DNA from: an uncultured Desulfospira sp.
Lineage (GTDB): Bacteria > Desulfobacterota > Desulfobacteria > Desulfobacterales > Desulfobacteraceae
Length of the DNA stretch: 64,000 nt
Assembly: GCA_963663165.1 (NCBI GenBank)
Contig: OY760175.1
Location: 3,488,001 to 3,552,000, forward strand
Direction: 5' to 3'
Under the pieces are notes generated by a model. That model did no database searches, was not told where the DNA came from, and saw nothing but the letters and a program-made list of their open reading frames with translations. Shown here one piece after another: positions 48,287-58,081 of this stretch (position 1 is the stretch's first letter; each line of letters begins with the position of its first letter). The translations under genes were made by a program, and so were the position numbers.

Positions 48287-48589
48287 TCAATTAGAAATAT
48301 AATCTTCCGGATCCAATCCGATCCCGGACGCAGCCTCCCAGCAGACCTTTGAATTACCGGTTATCAAAAATTTCTTTTTCATGCTTTTGGCTGTTTTAAA
48401 GGCTGAAAAAAGAAGCTGAACCCCCAGGGTGTCACAGGCGGTCACCCCGTCAATATTAATGACCAGTTTTTCATATTGATTCAGCCCGTCCAGTATCTTT
48501 TCTTTGATATCGGCAACCTCATAAGCCGATAATGACCCTTCAAGGTTCAATTCCATTTTTCTGTTTGCATTGTTCTCGGCTGAAGCCAT
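48287..48589 (-). CDS. STAS-domain protein
   Basis: 100 aa; IDGVTACDTLGVQLL; located before cheY-cheA. Confidence 0.85.
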   Translation of the reverse strand: MASAENNANRKMELNLEGSLSAYEVADIKEKILDGLNQYEKLVINIDGVTACDTLGVQLLFSAFKTAKSMKKKFLITGNSKVCWEAASGIGLDPEDYISN

Positions 48590-48613
48590 ACCGTATCCTC
48601 ACTTACGTAAGCG

Positions 48614-50413
48614 TTAAAACAATTCAATGTTATCATCGAGATCACCGTCTTCGGAACCACCCCCGTTTTGATCCGGTCCGGATTCACTGCTGATGCCGGC
48701 CATTTGTTCATGAATCCGCCGCTCACTTTCCATGGTGTACCTTTGGGCGATCTTTTCTGCCTTGTCCTGGGGTAAATTCTTGATCAAATCCTCCCAGGGG
48801 CGAAGTTCCTCTAAAAGATCTTGTATCTGTTGAAAGGCCTGTTCGTTTTTCAGGCTCCATTGCGCCATAAACTCCAGGTCTTCCACTGTTTTGGCAATAG
48901 ACTCCAGAAGTATCCCGGCCCTCTGGCCGGCATTGGAAAAGGTCTGGTCATACTGTTCGAAAGACTGGGCGATCTGTTCAACCCCATGCTCTAAGGACAT
49001 ATCCTCCGGTTCGGTCTGCCCGGATTCTTGGGCCTCGCCCCGGGCAGCGGGGCCTTCTCCCCCGGACAGCTTTGTAATAGCTTCAATGACGTTAAGCACG
49101 TCCCCTACCTGTGTATTTGAAGCCGCCGCAAGATCCCTCACCCCCCGGGCAAGGACCCCGAGTGTCGCCCCTTTCTCCCCTAGCTTGCTGGTCATGATAA
49201 TGGCATTGATGGCCTTGTACTGCAGATCAATATTGATGTTATTAACCTGATCCGTATACTGGGACAGGACGGATACGGCTGTGGCCGAGCGGTCCATGGT
49301 TTCCCCGATTTTGCTTTCCAGGTCATCTCCCTTTGTCAGCAGCTCCTGGAGTTTTTCAAGTTTGGTCTGAAAATTTTTCACCTCATACCCCAGATCCATG
49401 GTTTTGGCCTCTTCTGAATCTGATCCCGCGATATCCTGCGTCAGCTGATCCACCATGGCACTGACCCGGCCAAAGGCATCTTTCATTTTTTCATACACAT
49501 CCCTTGCGTCATCCACCACCAGCTTGAGCTGTGCCGCCTGGAGGGTTAAAAGGGACTGGATCTGCCCCCTGCACACCAGTTTATCCTCATCCTGGGCCGC
49601 TTCTTCCTCCTGCATCAGAGACCCGATATCGTCCAGCGCCGAAACAATATGTTCCACCTGCTGCCGGGCAATATCGTGAAACTGGATGGACATCACAATT
49701 TCCCCGACGATCTGGGAAATTTCCCGGGAATGCCCCCCGGCCTTGTCCAGGGTCTGGGCGGCCAGGTTTCCAATGGACTCCATTTTTTCTTCGGCATGAC
49801 GAACCGCATCCTGGGTGGATTCGGAAATCCGGTTAAAAAAGTCCAGCCCTTGGGTGATTTCCCGGTGGACATCCAGTTGATCGGTCTGGACCTGCCTGGA
49901 ATCTTTCTGGATTTTAGAAGAGATATCGCCGATATTTCTGGCCAGGGCCTTGATTTCCTCGCCAAAACCGCCGAACATATTCCTGGCCTCATCGGTCCGG
50001 CTGCCCTCCACACTGATATTCAGCCCGATGATATTCAGAAAATTGGAACTTTTTTTCATCCTCTCACAAATGGAACACAGCTCTGCCAGGTGGGCGGTTC
50101 CGGAATTAATGCTGCCCAGACTTTCGTTGATGGCCTCCTGGCAGCCGGAAAGGCCGGCCAGAGATTTATTTACAATTTTTTCGATCTGCAAAAGGATACC
50201 GCCGGTGTCCCCGCCGGACATGGTTCCGGCAAAAGCCGATATTTCTTTCGTCAGGGCCTCGGATTCTGCGTACAGGTTCTGCAAGTCCTGGCCAAGATCC
50301 TGAAAACGGGGTTCAATGCCGTGGAGCCCGTCTTCAAGCGATTTAGACAGCGGGGGGATAACGGCCATTATTTTCGCCGCCGGGTATTCTGGTTTCTGAT
50401 TGCTATTATTCAT
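48614..50413 (-). CDS. Soluble coiled-coil, degenerate chemoreceptor-like protein
   Basis: No TM helix; QFHDIARQQVEH; two diverged hairpin tips; YTMESER and C-terminal NIELF. Confidence 0.8.
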   Translation of the reverse strand: MNNSNQKPEYPAAKIMAVIPPLSKSLEDGLHGIEPRFQDLGQDLQNLYAESEALTKEISAFAGTMSGGDTGGILLQIEKIVNKSLAGLSGCQEAINESLGSINSGTAHLAELCSICERMKKSSNFLNIIGLNISVEGSRTDEARNMFGGFGEEIKALARNIGDISSKIQKDSRQVQTDQLDVHREITQGLDFFNRISESTQDAVRHAEEKMESIGNLAAQTLDKAGGHSREISQIVGEIVMSIQFHDIARQQVEHIVSALDDIGSLMQEEEAAQDEDKLVCRGQIQSLLTLQAAQLKLVVDDARDVYEKMKDAFGRVSAMVDQLTQDIAGSDSEEAKTMDLGYEVKNFQTKLEKLQELLTKGDDLESKIGETMDRSATAVSVLSQYTDQVNNINIDLQYKAINAIIMTSKLGEKGATLGVLARGVRDLAAASNTQVGDVLNVIEAITKLSGGEGPAARGEAQESGQTEPEDMSLEHGVEQIAQSFEQYDQTFSNAGQRAGILLESIAKTVEDLEFMAQWSLKNEQAFQQIQDLLEELRPWEDLIKNLPQDKAEKIAQRYTMESERRIHEQMAGISSESGPDQNGGGSEDGDLDDNIELF

Positions 50414-50533
50414 AACCTTTCTCTTCCTTAGGAAACCAATGTGCCGATAACAAATTAATTATTTATGATAAGATAACGAAAATTTTTAAAAAAATCGCCT
50501 TTGTCTTGTCGATTTCTTTTTTTTAATTCTAAA

Positions 50534-50562
50534 CATATACCACTATGAAACGGTCCTGTCAA
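50534..50562 (-). promoter_or_regulatory. Sigma70-type promoter of the che operon
   Basis: TTGACA-17 bp-TATATG on the minus strand. Confidence 0.5.
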
Positions 50563-50902
50563 AAGCGAACCGCCTTAAAAATGCGATTTTATCAATTTAT
50601 TTTTCAGCCGGTAAATTTTTTGTCCGCGAAAAGTTATAATTTAACAACGCCCGATTACGATTCCATGTTGACAGGCACCGGCGATATGATGTAAAAAGTT
50701 TAGCATACAGGCAAATTTGGTTATACATTCTTAACGAAATCAACTTCAACATGGTAGAAACTAACCAACAAGTTATACTGATACCATCGTAACCTTAACC
50801 TTGGGGTGTGTTCCAAGCGGCACTTCAAGTTTTTTTAATTCATAACTTTTTCAATCCGCCAGTTTCGATTTGGTATATTCAAAAAGGAGAAAAGGAGGGG
50901 GC

Positions 50903-53137
50903 ATGATACGGTTCAAGGACTTGAAAATCAAAATCAAGATTGTCATCATCGTTATATTGGGGATTCTCATTTCCGTGGGCATCGTCGGGGGGTATTCCCT
51001 GTACAGTATTCACACAAAGGGGCATGATGATGTCATCAGCTTTGAAACGGAATTGATGAATCAAACCCGGGCCGAATTAAAGGATCACATGGATTCAGCC
51101 TACACGGTTATAAAAAGAATGTATGACCGGTCCGCCACTGTCGAAGCCATCAAAAAACAATATGGAGGCCAGCTCAAATCTCTTGTGGATGTTCCCTACA
51201 CCATGATTTTTGAATCCCATGCCGCCATGAAGAATTCATCAGCCTTTACCGGCCCCACCGAAGAAGAGACCCAGGACAATGTTAAAAGCATTATCCGAAA
51301 GATGAGATACGGCGACGGAAATTACTTTTGGATCAACGACTCCCATTTCCGCATGGTCATGCATCCCACGGTAACAGATCTGGTCGGTAAAGACCTGTCC
51401 CGGTTTTCAAAAAACGGAAAAGTTATTATGGCCGAAGGGACCAGCACGCCTATGTTCCAGGAAATGGTCAAAATCTGCCGGGATTCCGGGGAAGGGTTTA
51501 TCACCTACCTGTGGCCGGCGGAAGGGGATTCATCGAAACTGGTCAGAAAGCTTTCATATGTTCGTTTATTCAAGCCCTGGGACTGGATCATTGGAACAGG
51601 AATTTTGGTGGACGATGCAGAAAAATCAGGCCGGGACGAAGCTGCAGCGATCATTACCAACATCAAATTCGGTGACGACAGTTACTTTTATATCATGGAT
51701 ACCAAAGGGGTGATCCTGGCCCATCCCAACAAGGACCTGGTGAACAAAAGCCTGTACGAAAACAAGGACGCCAATGGAAAATACGTCTGGAAGGAAATGA
51801 TAGAAATCGCCAAAAGCAGCGGCGAAGGGTTCCATGATTACGTATTCAACAAACTTGGGTCGGATAAACCTGAGCCCAAGCTGGGCTACTTAAAATATTT
51901 CAAGCAGTGGGACTGGATCATTTCAACCGGTGTCTACCTTGATACCCTTCAAGCCCGGGTTCAAGAAAAAAAAGAAGCGGTTGAAGCCGGTGTTCATCAT
52001 CAGATTATCTTCATGGCCATTACCATTACCATCCTGGTTGTGGTGGCCTTTTTCTGGGTGTTGATCATGAGCCGGGCCTTCATTGAACGCCCCTTGAACC
52101 AGGGGGTTGAAGTGGCCAACAATCTGGCCAAAGGAAATCTCAATGTGGGCATTGAAATTTCCAGTAAAGATGAAATCGGACAACTCCAGGCGGCCATGAA
52201 ACACATGGTGGATTCCCTTCAGGACATTGTGGGCGAGGTTCAAAATGCGGTCAGCAATGTGGCTGCCGGCAGCGAGGAACTCAGCTCCACGGCCGAGCAG
52301 ATGTCCCAGGGGGCAACGGAACAGGCCTCGTCGGCAGAACAGGCGTCGTCTTCCATGGAAGAGATGTCCGGCAATATTAAACAGAACGCCGACAATGCCC
52401 AGCAGACAGAACGTTTGGCCGTTCAGGCTGCCGGCGATGCCGAAAACGGCGGCACAGCCGTAGCCCAAACCGTTAACGCCATGAAAGAAATCGCCGATAA
52501 AATCCTTATCATCGAAGAGATCGCAAGGCAAACCAACATGCTGGCCTTGAATGCCGCCATTGAAGCGGCCCGGGCCGGGGATCACGGCAAGGGCTTTGCC
52601 GTGGTTGCCGATGCCGTCCGGAAACTGGCCGAAAGAAGCCAGGCCGCGGCCAGCGAAATCAGCAATCTGTCTACGTCCAGTGTTGAAATTGCCGAAAATG
52701 CCGGCGACATGCTCAATAAAATTGTGCCGGATATCCGGAAAACATCGGAACTGGTGCAGGAAATCAATGCGGCCTCATCTGAACAGAGCATGGGGGCCGA
52801 ACAGATCAACACCGCCTTACAGCAGCTGGATCAGGTGATTCAGCAGAATGCCAGCTCAGCCGAAGAAATGTCATCCACGGCAGAACAGCTCTCAGCCCAG
52901 GCCGAACAGCTTCAGCAGGCCATTTCATTTTTCAAGATCGGCCGAAGCGCCGGGTCAAAAAGGCGGCAGGATCAGCCATCGCGCCAGGCTGAATCATCAG
53001 GGCCGTCCTCAAGAGGCCATGAACCCCGGCCCACCGTGGTGACCAATAAACCTGAACCCCAGCACACCTCCTCTGGGGGCGGGATCTCATTGGATATGGG
53101 CGATGACGCCCTGGATGATGACTTTGAAAAATATTAA
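50903..53137 (+). CDS. Methyl-accepting chemotaxis protein with tandem Cache domains
   Basis: Two TM helices; YFWIND...WDWIIGTG repeated; HAMP; QTNMLALNAAIEAARAG; C-terminal DFEKY. Confidence 0.95.
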   Translation: MIRFKDLKIKIKIVIIVILGILISVGIVGGYSLYSIHTKGHDDVISFETELMNQTRAELKDHMDSAYTVIKRMYDRSATVEAIKKQYGGQLKSLVDVPYTMIFESHAAMKNSSAFTGPTEEETQDNVKSIIRKMRYGDGNYFWINDSHFRMVMHPTVTDLVGKDLSRFSKNGKVIMAEGTSTPMFQEMVKICRDSGEGFITYLWPAEGDSSKLVRKLSYVRLFKPWDWIIGTGILVDDAEKSGRDEAAAIITNIKFGDDSYFYIMDTKGVILAHPNKDLVNKSLYENKDANGKYVWKEMIEIAKSSGEGFHDYVFNKLGSDKPEPKLGYLKYFKQWDWIISTGVYLDTLQARVQEKKEAVEAGVHHQIIFMAITITILVVVAFFWVLIMSRAFIERPLNQGVEVANNLAKGNLNVGIEISSKDEIGQLQAAMKHMVDSLQDIVGEVQNAVSNVAAGSEELSSTAEQMSQGATEQASSAEQASSSMEEMSGNIKQNADNAQQTERLAVQAAGDAENGGTAVAQTVNAMKEIADKILIIEEIARQTNMLALNAAIEAARAGDHGKGFAVVADAVRKLAERSQAAASEISNLSTSSVEIAENAGDMLNKIVPDIRKTSELVQEINAASSEQSMGAEQINTALQQLDQVIQQNASSAEEMSSTAEQLSAQAEQLQQAISFFKIGRSAGSKRRQDQPSRQAESSGPSSRGHEPRPTVVTNKPEPQHTSSGGGISLDMGDDALDDDFEKY

Positions 53138-53240
53138 GGCGTTAGGTTGAAAGCCGTTAGGCTGAAGACTGAAGGCTGAAGGTGGATAGACTGCGGGGAT
53201 TCCCCCTTCAGCCGAAACACCTTCAGCCTAATTCCCTTCC
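53138..53240. repeat. Heptamer (GGCTGAA/TTCAGCC) repeat hairpin between convergent genes
   Basis: TAGGCTGAAGACTGAAGGCTGAAGG ... CCTTCAGCC...CCTTCAGCCTA. Confidence 0.7.
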
Positions 53241-53242
53241 CA

Positions 53243-54397
53243 TCAGGGTTTTCGCTTGTCATTGAGAATATGATTCGAAATCACAATCCGCTGGATCTCA
53301 CTGGTTCCCTCGTAAATGGTAAATACCCGGGCATCCCTGTAAAACCGTTCCACCTCGTAATCCTTGGTAAACCCGTAGCCGCCGTGCATCTGAATGGCCC
53401 GGGCCGTTATCTGGTTGACCATTTCCGAAGCAAAAAGCTTGGCCATGGAGGCCTCCCGGGTGTAGGCTTCGCCCCTGTCCTTCATGCTGGCCGCTGAAAA
53501 GATCAACTGGCGGGCCGCTTCGATCTGGGTAGCCATATCCGCGATCTGGAACCGGATGGCCTGGTGTTTGGATATGGGGGTTCCAAACTGTTTTCTGTTT
53601 TTGGTGTATTTTACCGCCGCGTCAAAGGCGGCCTGGGCCACCCCTAAAGACTGGGCCGCAATCCCGATTCTGCCGCTGTCCAGCCCGGACATGGCAATTT
53701 TAAACCCGTCGCCTTCTTTTCCCAGGATCTGGTCTGCCGGCACCCTGCAGTTTTCAAATATTAAATCCGTGGTATCCGAAGCCCGCAGCCCCATTTTATC
53801 CTCAATATGGCCCACAGTAAGCCCGGGGGTATCTTTGGGGACAATAAAACAGGAAATCCCCTTATGGACCGCGGCTTCATCGGTTTTGGCCGTGACCAGG
53901 ACCACTTTGCAGTTTTTCCCGGATGTGATAAAGCGTTTGGTCCCGTTAATCACATACCCGTCCCCGTCTTTTTGGGCAGTGGTGGTCTGGCTGACCGGGT
54001 CGGAACCGGCGTCAGGCTCAGTTAAGGCAAACGCACCGATCATCTGCCCTGAAGCCAGAGGGATCAGAAATCTTTGTTTTTGGTCTTCAGTGCCAAACTT
54101 ATAAAGGCTTTCACAGACAATGGAGTTCTGGACAGACATGACAACGGAAGTTGATGCACAGGAATAGGCAATTTCGGACAGGGCCAGCACATAGGAAACC
54201 GCATCGGCATCTTCTCCCCCGTAATCCACGGGGATCATCATGCCCATAAGCCCGAGTTCACCCATCTGCTTAAAATTTTCAGCCGGAAATTCCTTGGTTT
54301 TATCCCGCTCGGCAGCCGTGGCCGCCACCACCTTTCTGGAAAACTCCCGGACCATATTCTGGATCATCAACTGTTCGTCGGTAAGCTTAAATAACAT
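53243..54397 (-). CDS. Short/branched-chain acyl-CoA dehydrogenase
   Basis: FALTEPDAGSD, GTKRFIT, RKQFG, QMHGGYG, IYEGTSEIQR. Confidence 0.95.
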   Translation of the reverse strand: MLFKLTDEQLMIQNMVREFSRKVVAATAAERDKTKEFPAENFKQMGELGLMGMMIPVDYGGEDADAVSYVLALSEIAYSCASTSVVMSVQNSIVCESLYKFGTEDQKQRFLIPLASGQMIGAFALTEPDAGSDPVSQTTTAQKDGDGYVINGTKRFITSGKNCKVVLVTAKTDEAAVHKGISCFIVPKDTPGLTVGHIEDKMGLRASDTTDLIFENCRVPADQILGKEGDGFKIAMSGLDSGRIGIAAQSLGVAQAAFDAAVKYTKNRKQFGTPISKHQAIRFQIADMATQIEAARQLIFSAASMKDRGEAYTREASMAKLFASEMVNQITARAIQMHGGYGFTKDYEVERFYRDARVFTIYEGTSEIQRIVISNHILNDKRKP

Positions 54398-54512
54398 GGA
54401 AATCTCCTTTAACCGGACTGACTGGTTGTTTGATTTTGTTTAACCCACGACAAAAAACAGCTTATAGCCAACAGCCCATGGCGCACAGCTGAAAGCTAAC
54501 GGCTAACCGCTT

Positions 54513-55058
54513 TCAGGGCGCATAAACCACAACAATCAACTGGGCATCGACATCAGAGACATTGCGCAGGTCATGTTTGATTCCGGAATTAAAATGTAGG
54601 GATTCCCCTGGATTCAAGGTATTGACATGATCCCCGACCTGAATCTCCACTTTGCCTTCCAGCACATAGACAAATTCCTCTCCGTCGTGCTGAAACCCGA
54701 CCCCGTCATGATGGCTTCCCGCTTCCACCACAATGCGAAAGGCCTTTAGGTGCTTGTTTTCCGCACCAGGGGTCAGTGGGGTATAGGCATAGTTGTCGGT
54801 CCGTTTGGTATAGGCATCCGATCGTTTTTCCAGAGTGTCTTCCTGATCCTTGAGCAGGATAGATGAGTCCAGTTGAAGGGTTCTGGAAATCTGCAGCAGG
54901 GTCCCCACAGATGGTCTTTTCTCTCCCCCTTCAATCTGCTTAATCAGCTCCTTTGACATGCCCGTATCATTGGCCATGGCATCCAGGCTCATCTTTTTAT
55001 CGAGCCTTGCCCGCCTGATCCGCTTGCCAATAGGAATTATTTCTTTTTTATCCGGCAT
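54513..55058 (-). CDS. XRE-family HTH + cupin regulator
   Basis: IGKRIRRAR HTH; HDGEEFVYVLEG...GESLHFNS cupin. Confidence 0.92.
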   Translation of the reverse strand: MPDKKEIIPIGKRIRRARLDKKMSLDAMANDTGMSKELIKQIEGGEKRPSVGTLLQISRTLQLDSSILLKDQEDTLEKRSDAYTKRTDNYAYTPLTPGAENKHLKAFRIVVEAGSHHDGVGFQHDGEEFVYVLEGKVEIQVGDHVNTLNPGESLHFNSGIKHDLRNVSDVDAQLIVVVYAP

Positions 55059-55127
55059 AATATCTCCAATAGTTTGAGGGTTGTTCAAACTCCATCTTCG
55101 ATTTATGATCTATTATCATTTGTCTGC

Positions 55128-56192
55128 TTAATCTACCAGTTCAATCCAGCCTTCTGTATCCTCAGCCTTTCCATATTGAATGGCGGTCAGGGCATCGTAA
55201 AGTTTAATGGCCGTGGGACCGGGTTTTCCGTCTCCCACATGGATGGTCTTATGGTCATAGGTGATCTCTCCTACCGGTGAGATGACCGCAGCCGTGCCCG
55301 ATCCAAATACCTCATTGAGACGTCCCGCTTCATGGGCCTTGAACACCTCATCAATGGAAATTTTGCGTTCGCTGACGGGCATGCCCCATTTTTTGGCCAG
55401 ATCAATGACTGAAAAGCGGGTAATCCCGGGAAGGATACTGCCGTTAAGGACCGGGGTGACCAGTTCGTTATCAATGATAAAAAAGATATTCATGGCCCCG
55501 ACTTCTTCGATGTACTTTCTTTCCAACGCATCCAGCCAGAGCACCTGGGCATACCCTTCTTTTTTGGCCACTTCACCGGCATAGAGGCTTGCGGCGTAGT
55601 TTCCCGGGGTTTTAAACTCGCCAACCCCGCCCCGGACGGCCCGGACATGGTTTTTGGATACCCAGATTTTTACGGGGTTAAACCCCTCGCTGTAATAGGC
55701 CCCCACCGAACATAAAATAATAAAAAATTTGAAGGTGTAAGAGGACCTTACCCCGAGAAAGGGATCCGTTGAAATCACAAAGGGGCGGACATAAAGGGAG
55801 GTCCCCAAGGTCTCGGGAATCCATTTTTCTTCCAGCCGGATCAGCTGTTTCATGGCGGCCATGCAAAAATCGATATCCAGTTCAGGGATGCAAAGCCCCT
55901 GGGCGGATTTGTTCATCCGTTTGAAATTGTCCCTTGCCCTGAACAGCTGAATATTGCCGTCAGCGGTTTTATATGCCTTAAGGCCTTCAAAAATAGCCTG
56001 GCCGTAATGATAGACCATGGCGGCCGGGGACAGGGAAAATTCAGCAAAGGGCTCAATCCTGGGATCATGCCATCCCTTATCCACGGAATAATCCATTACA
56101 AACATGTGGTCGGTAAATGCCGTGCCAAATCCTAAATTTTCATCCTTTGGCCGGGTACCCGGCGTTTTGACTTGGCTGATTTTAATCTTCAT
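55128..56192 (-). CDS. ilvE: Branched-chain amino acid aminotransferase
   Basis: HYGQAIFEGLKAY, KTPGNY, EEVGAMN, ILPGITR, FGSGTAAVISP. Confidence 0.96.
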   Translation of the reverse strand: MKIKISQVKTPGTRPKDENLGFGTAFTDHMFVMDYSVDKGWHDPRIEPFAEFSLSPAAMVYHYGQAIFEGLKAYKTADGNIQLFRARDNFKRMNKSAQGLCIPELDIDFCMAAMKQLIRLEEKWIPETLGTSLYVRPFVISTDPFLGVRSSYTFKFFIILCSVGAYYSEGFNPVKIWVSKNHVRAVRGGVGEFKTPGNYAASLYAGEVAKKEGYAQVLWLDALERKYIEEVGAMNIFFIIDNELVTPVLNGSILPGITRFSVIDLAKKWGMPVSERKISIDEVFKAHEAGRLNEVFGSGTAAVISPVGEITYDHKTIHVGDGKPGPTAIKLYDALTAIQYGKAEDTEGWIELVD

Positions 56193-56481
56193 CTTTCCTC
56201 CATTAGGTTAAGATTAAATTTAAATAACTCAGTATAATAGGCCATTCAACCCGGTAAAGCAAAACAATTTTAAGCCGCTTCCAGGGATGACGGCAGGACA
56301 GAAGGCCAAGTATTCAAAGGTACCCAAATTCCCTTTGGACCGGTTAAAAAACACAGATAAAATATGATATTTTTTTGCTTTACGGTTAAAAAACGGCCGC
56401 ATTTCTTTTTTGAGTTGCCCATGCGTGGATTGAAAAAAGGCTTTGACAAACCGGCTGCCTTTCCATTATTACTGAAAAAAC

Positions 56482-56499
56482 AGACTGAGCGCTCGTTCT
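56482..56499. promoter_or_regulatory. Palindromic operator candidate upstream of the acyl-CoA ligase
   Basis: AGACTGAGCGCTCGTTCT imperfect dyad, downstream of TTGACA at 56443. Confidence 0.45.
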
Positions 56500-56578
56500 A
56501 AACACCGTTAAGAACCAATCATGCGCCGGAACCCCTAAAGGAATACCCAGCCGTTTTGCCGGGGAAGGGAGAAGTGTC

Positions 56579-58081
56579 ATGAACCGTCTTCGGGACCTTG
56601 CCTTTTTTGATATCTACCGGAAAAACGCACGGATTTTTAAAGACCGATGCGCTGTCCACTGGAACCAGGAGGACATCTCCTATGCAGATCTTTTTTCCCG
56701 GGTTCAAAAACTTTCAGCCGGCCTTGCCGGCCTTGATCTGTCTTCCGGGGCCAGAATCGCGGTGCTTTCAAAAAACCACCCCGTGTTTTTTGATCTTTTC
56801 GGGGCCGCCTCGGTTCTTGGCCTTTGCCTGGTTTTAATTAACCGGCGGCTGAGCCGGGATGAAATCCGGCACATCATTAAAGACACCGCCCCTGAAATCC
56901 TCATCTGTGACCAGGAAATGGCCCCAGGCGCCGGTGAGCTGATGCCGGATTTTCCTTTCTTAAAACAACAGTTTGTTATAGACGGCCCGGATGAAACCTT
57001 GCCGGACCTGTACCTGGATGCCCCCGGGGGTTCATCCGGCAGGATCGACATGGATGCCCCCTTTGCCATTATCCATACGGCCGCCGTCCAGGGAAAGCCC
57101 CGGGGCGCGGTATTAAGCCAGGCCAATATTATCCTGGCCAACCTCCAGATCATGCACCATTATAAATTGGACCCCTCCAAAACCCATTTAAACATCCTGC
57201 CCCTGTTCCATATTATGGGGCTTAATTTAGGGCTTGGCACCCTCCAGGCCGGGGGCAAAAACGTTATTCTTGAAAAATTTGATCCCGTAAAAGCCCTTGA
57301 CCTGATCCAGGAGCAGAAAGTGAACCTGATCGGCTCTTTTCCCCCCATCCTGTCCAACCTGTTAGAGGCCATTGACGAGGGCTGCCCGGACCTTGGCAGC
57401 CTTGAAATCGCCGTGGGCCTTGAAACCCCGGAAACGGCCAAACGCTGGGAATCGGTGACCAAATCCGAATTCTGGACCATGTACGGCCAGACCGAGACCT
57501 CAGGGCTGATCACCTTTGCCCCTTACTTTAAACGGGAAGGGTCTGCCGGGCAGGTTTCAAGCCTTGCCGATATCACTATTGTGGATGACCTTGACACCCC
57601 CCTGCCCTGTGGTGAAACCGGGGAAATTGCCGTCAAAGGCCCCCTGGTCTTCCAGGGGTACTGGAATGCCCCGTCTTTAAATGAATTCACCTTCCGGGAA
57701 GGGCGGCACCATACCGGGGATCTGGGCATGCTGGACTCAGACGGATTTTTGTTTTTTAAAGGGCGTAAAGCCGAAAAAGAACTCATCAAACCCGGCGGAG
57801 AAAACGTTTTTCCGGCTGAAGTGGAAAAAGCGGTTCTCGCACACCCGGCGGTAAAAGAGGTCTGCGTCTTTGGTGTACCGGATCCAAAGTTCGGGGAAGG
57901 CATCAAGGCCGTGGTCATCTTAAATCCCGGGGAAACGGTTGCCGAAAAAGATCTGATCGCCTTTACCGGGACCCTGATTGCCGGGTATAAAAAACCCAGA
58001 TATGTTGAATTTGCAAAAGATTTTCCCCGGTTGGACAATGGCGGCATTGACCGGGCCGCCGTAAAAAAAGCCTTTCTATGA
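56579..58081 (+). CDS. AMP-dependent acyl-CoA synthetase
   Basis: HTAAVQGKPRG, LPLFHI, YGQTET, HTGDLG, IKPGGENV. Confidence 0.92.
   Translation: MNRLRDLAFFDIYRKNARIFKDRCAVHWNQEDISYADLFSRVQKLSAGLAGLDLSSGARIAVLSKNHPVFFDLFGAASVLGLCLVLINRRLSRDEIRHIIKDTAPEILICDQEMAPGAGELMPDFPFLKQQFVIDGPDETLPDLYLDAPGGSSGRIDMDAPFAIIHTAAVQGKPRGAVLSQANIILANLQIMHHYKLDPSKTHLNILPLFHIMGLNLGLGTLQAGGKNVILEKFDPVKALDLIQEQKVNLIGSFPPILSNLLEAIDEGCPDLGSLEIAVGLETPETAKRWESVTKSEFWTMYGQTETSGLITFAPYFKREGSAGQVSSLADITIVDDLDTPLPCGETGEIAVKGPLVFQGYWNAPSLNEFTFREGRHHTGDLGMLDSDGFLFFKGRKAEKELIKPGGENVFPAEVEKAVLAHPAVKEVCVFGVPDPKFGEGIKAVVILNPGETVAEKDLIAFTGTLIAGYKKPRYVEFAKDFPRLDNGGIDRAAVKKAFL

Noticed and set aside
50443..50450. Sigma28 -10 box GCCGATAA
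   Set aside because: No TAAA -35 at the expected spacing, opposite to the che operon and 450 bp from the MCP.
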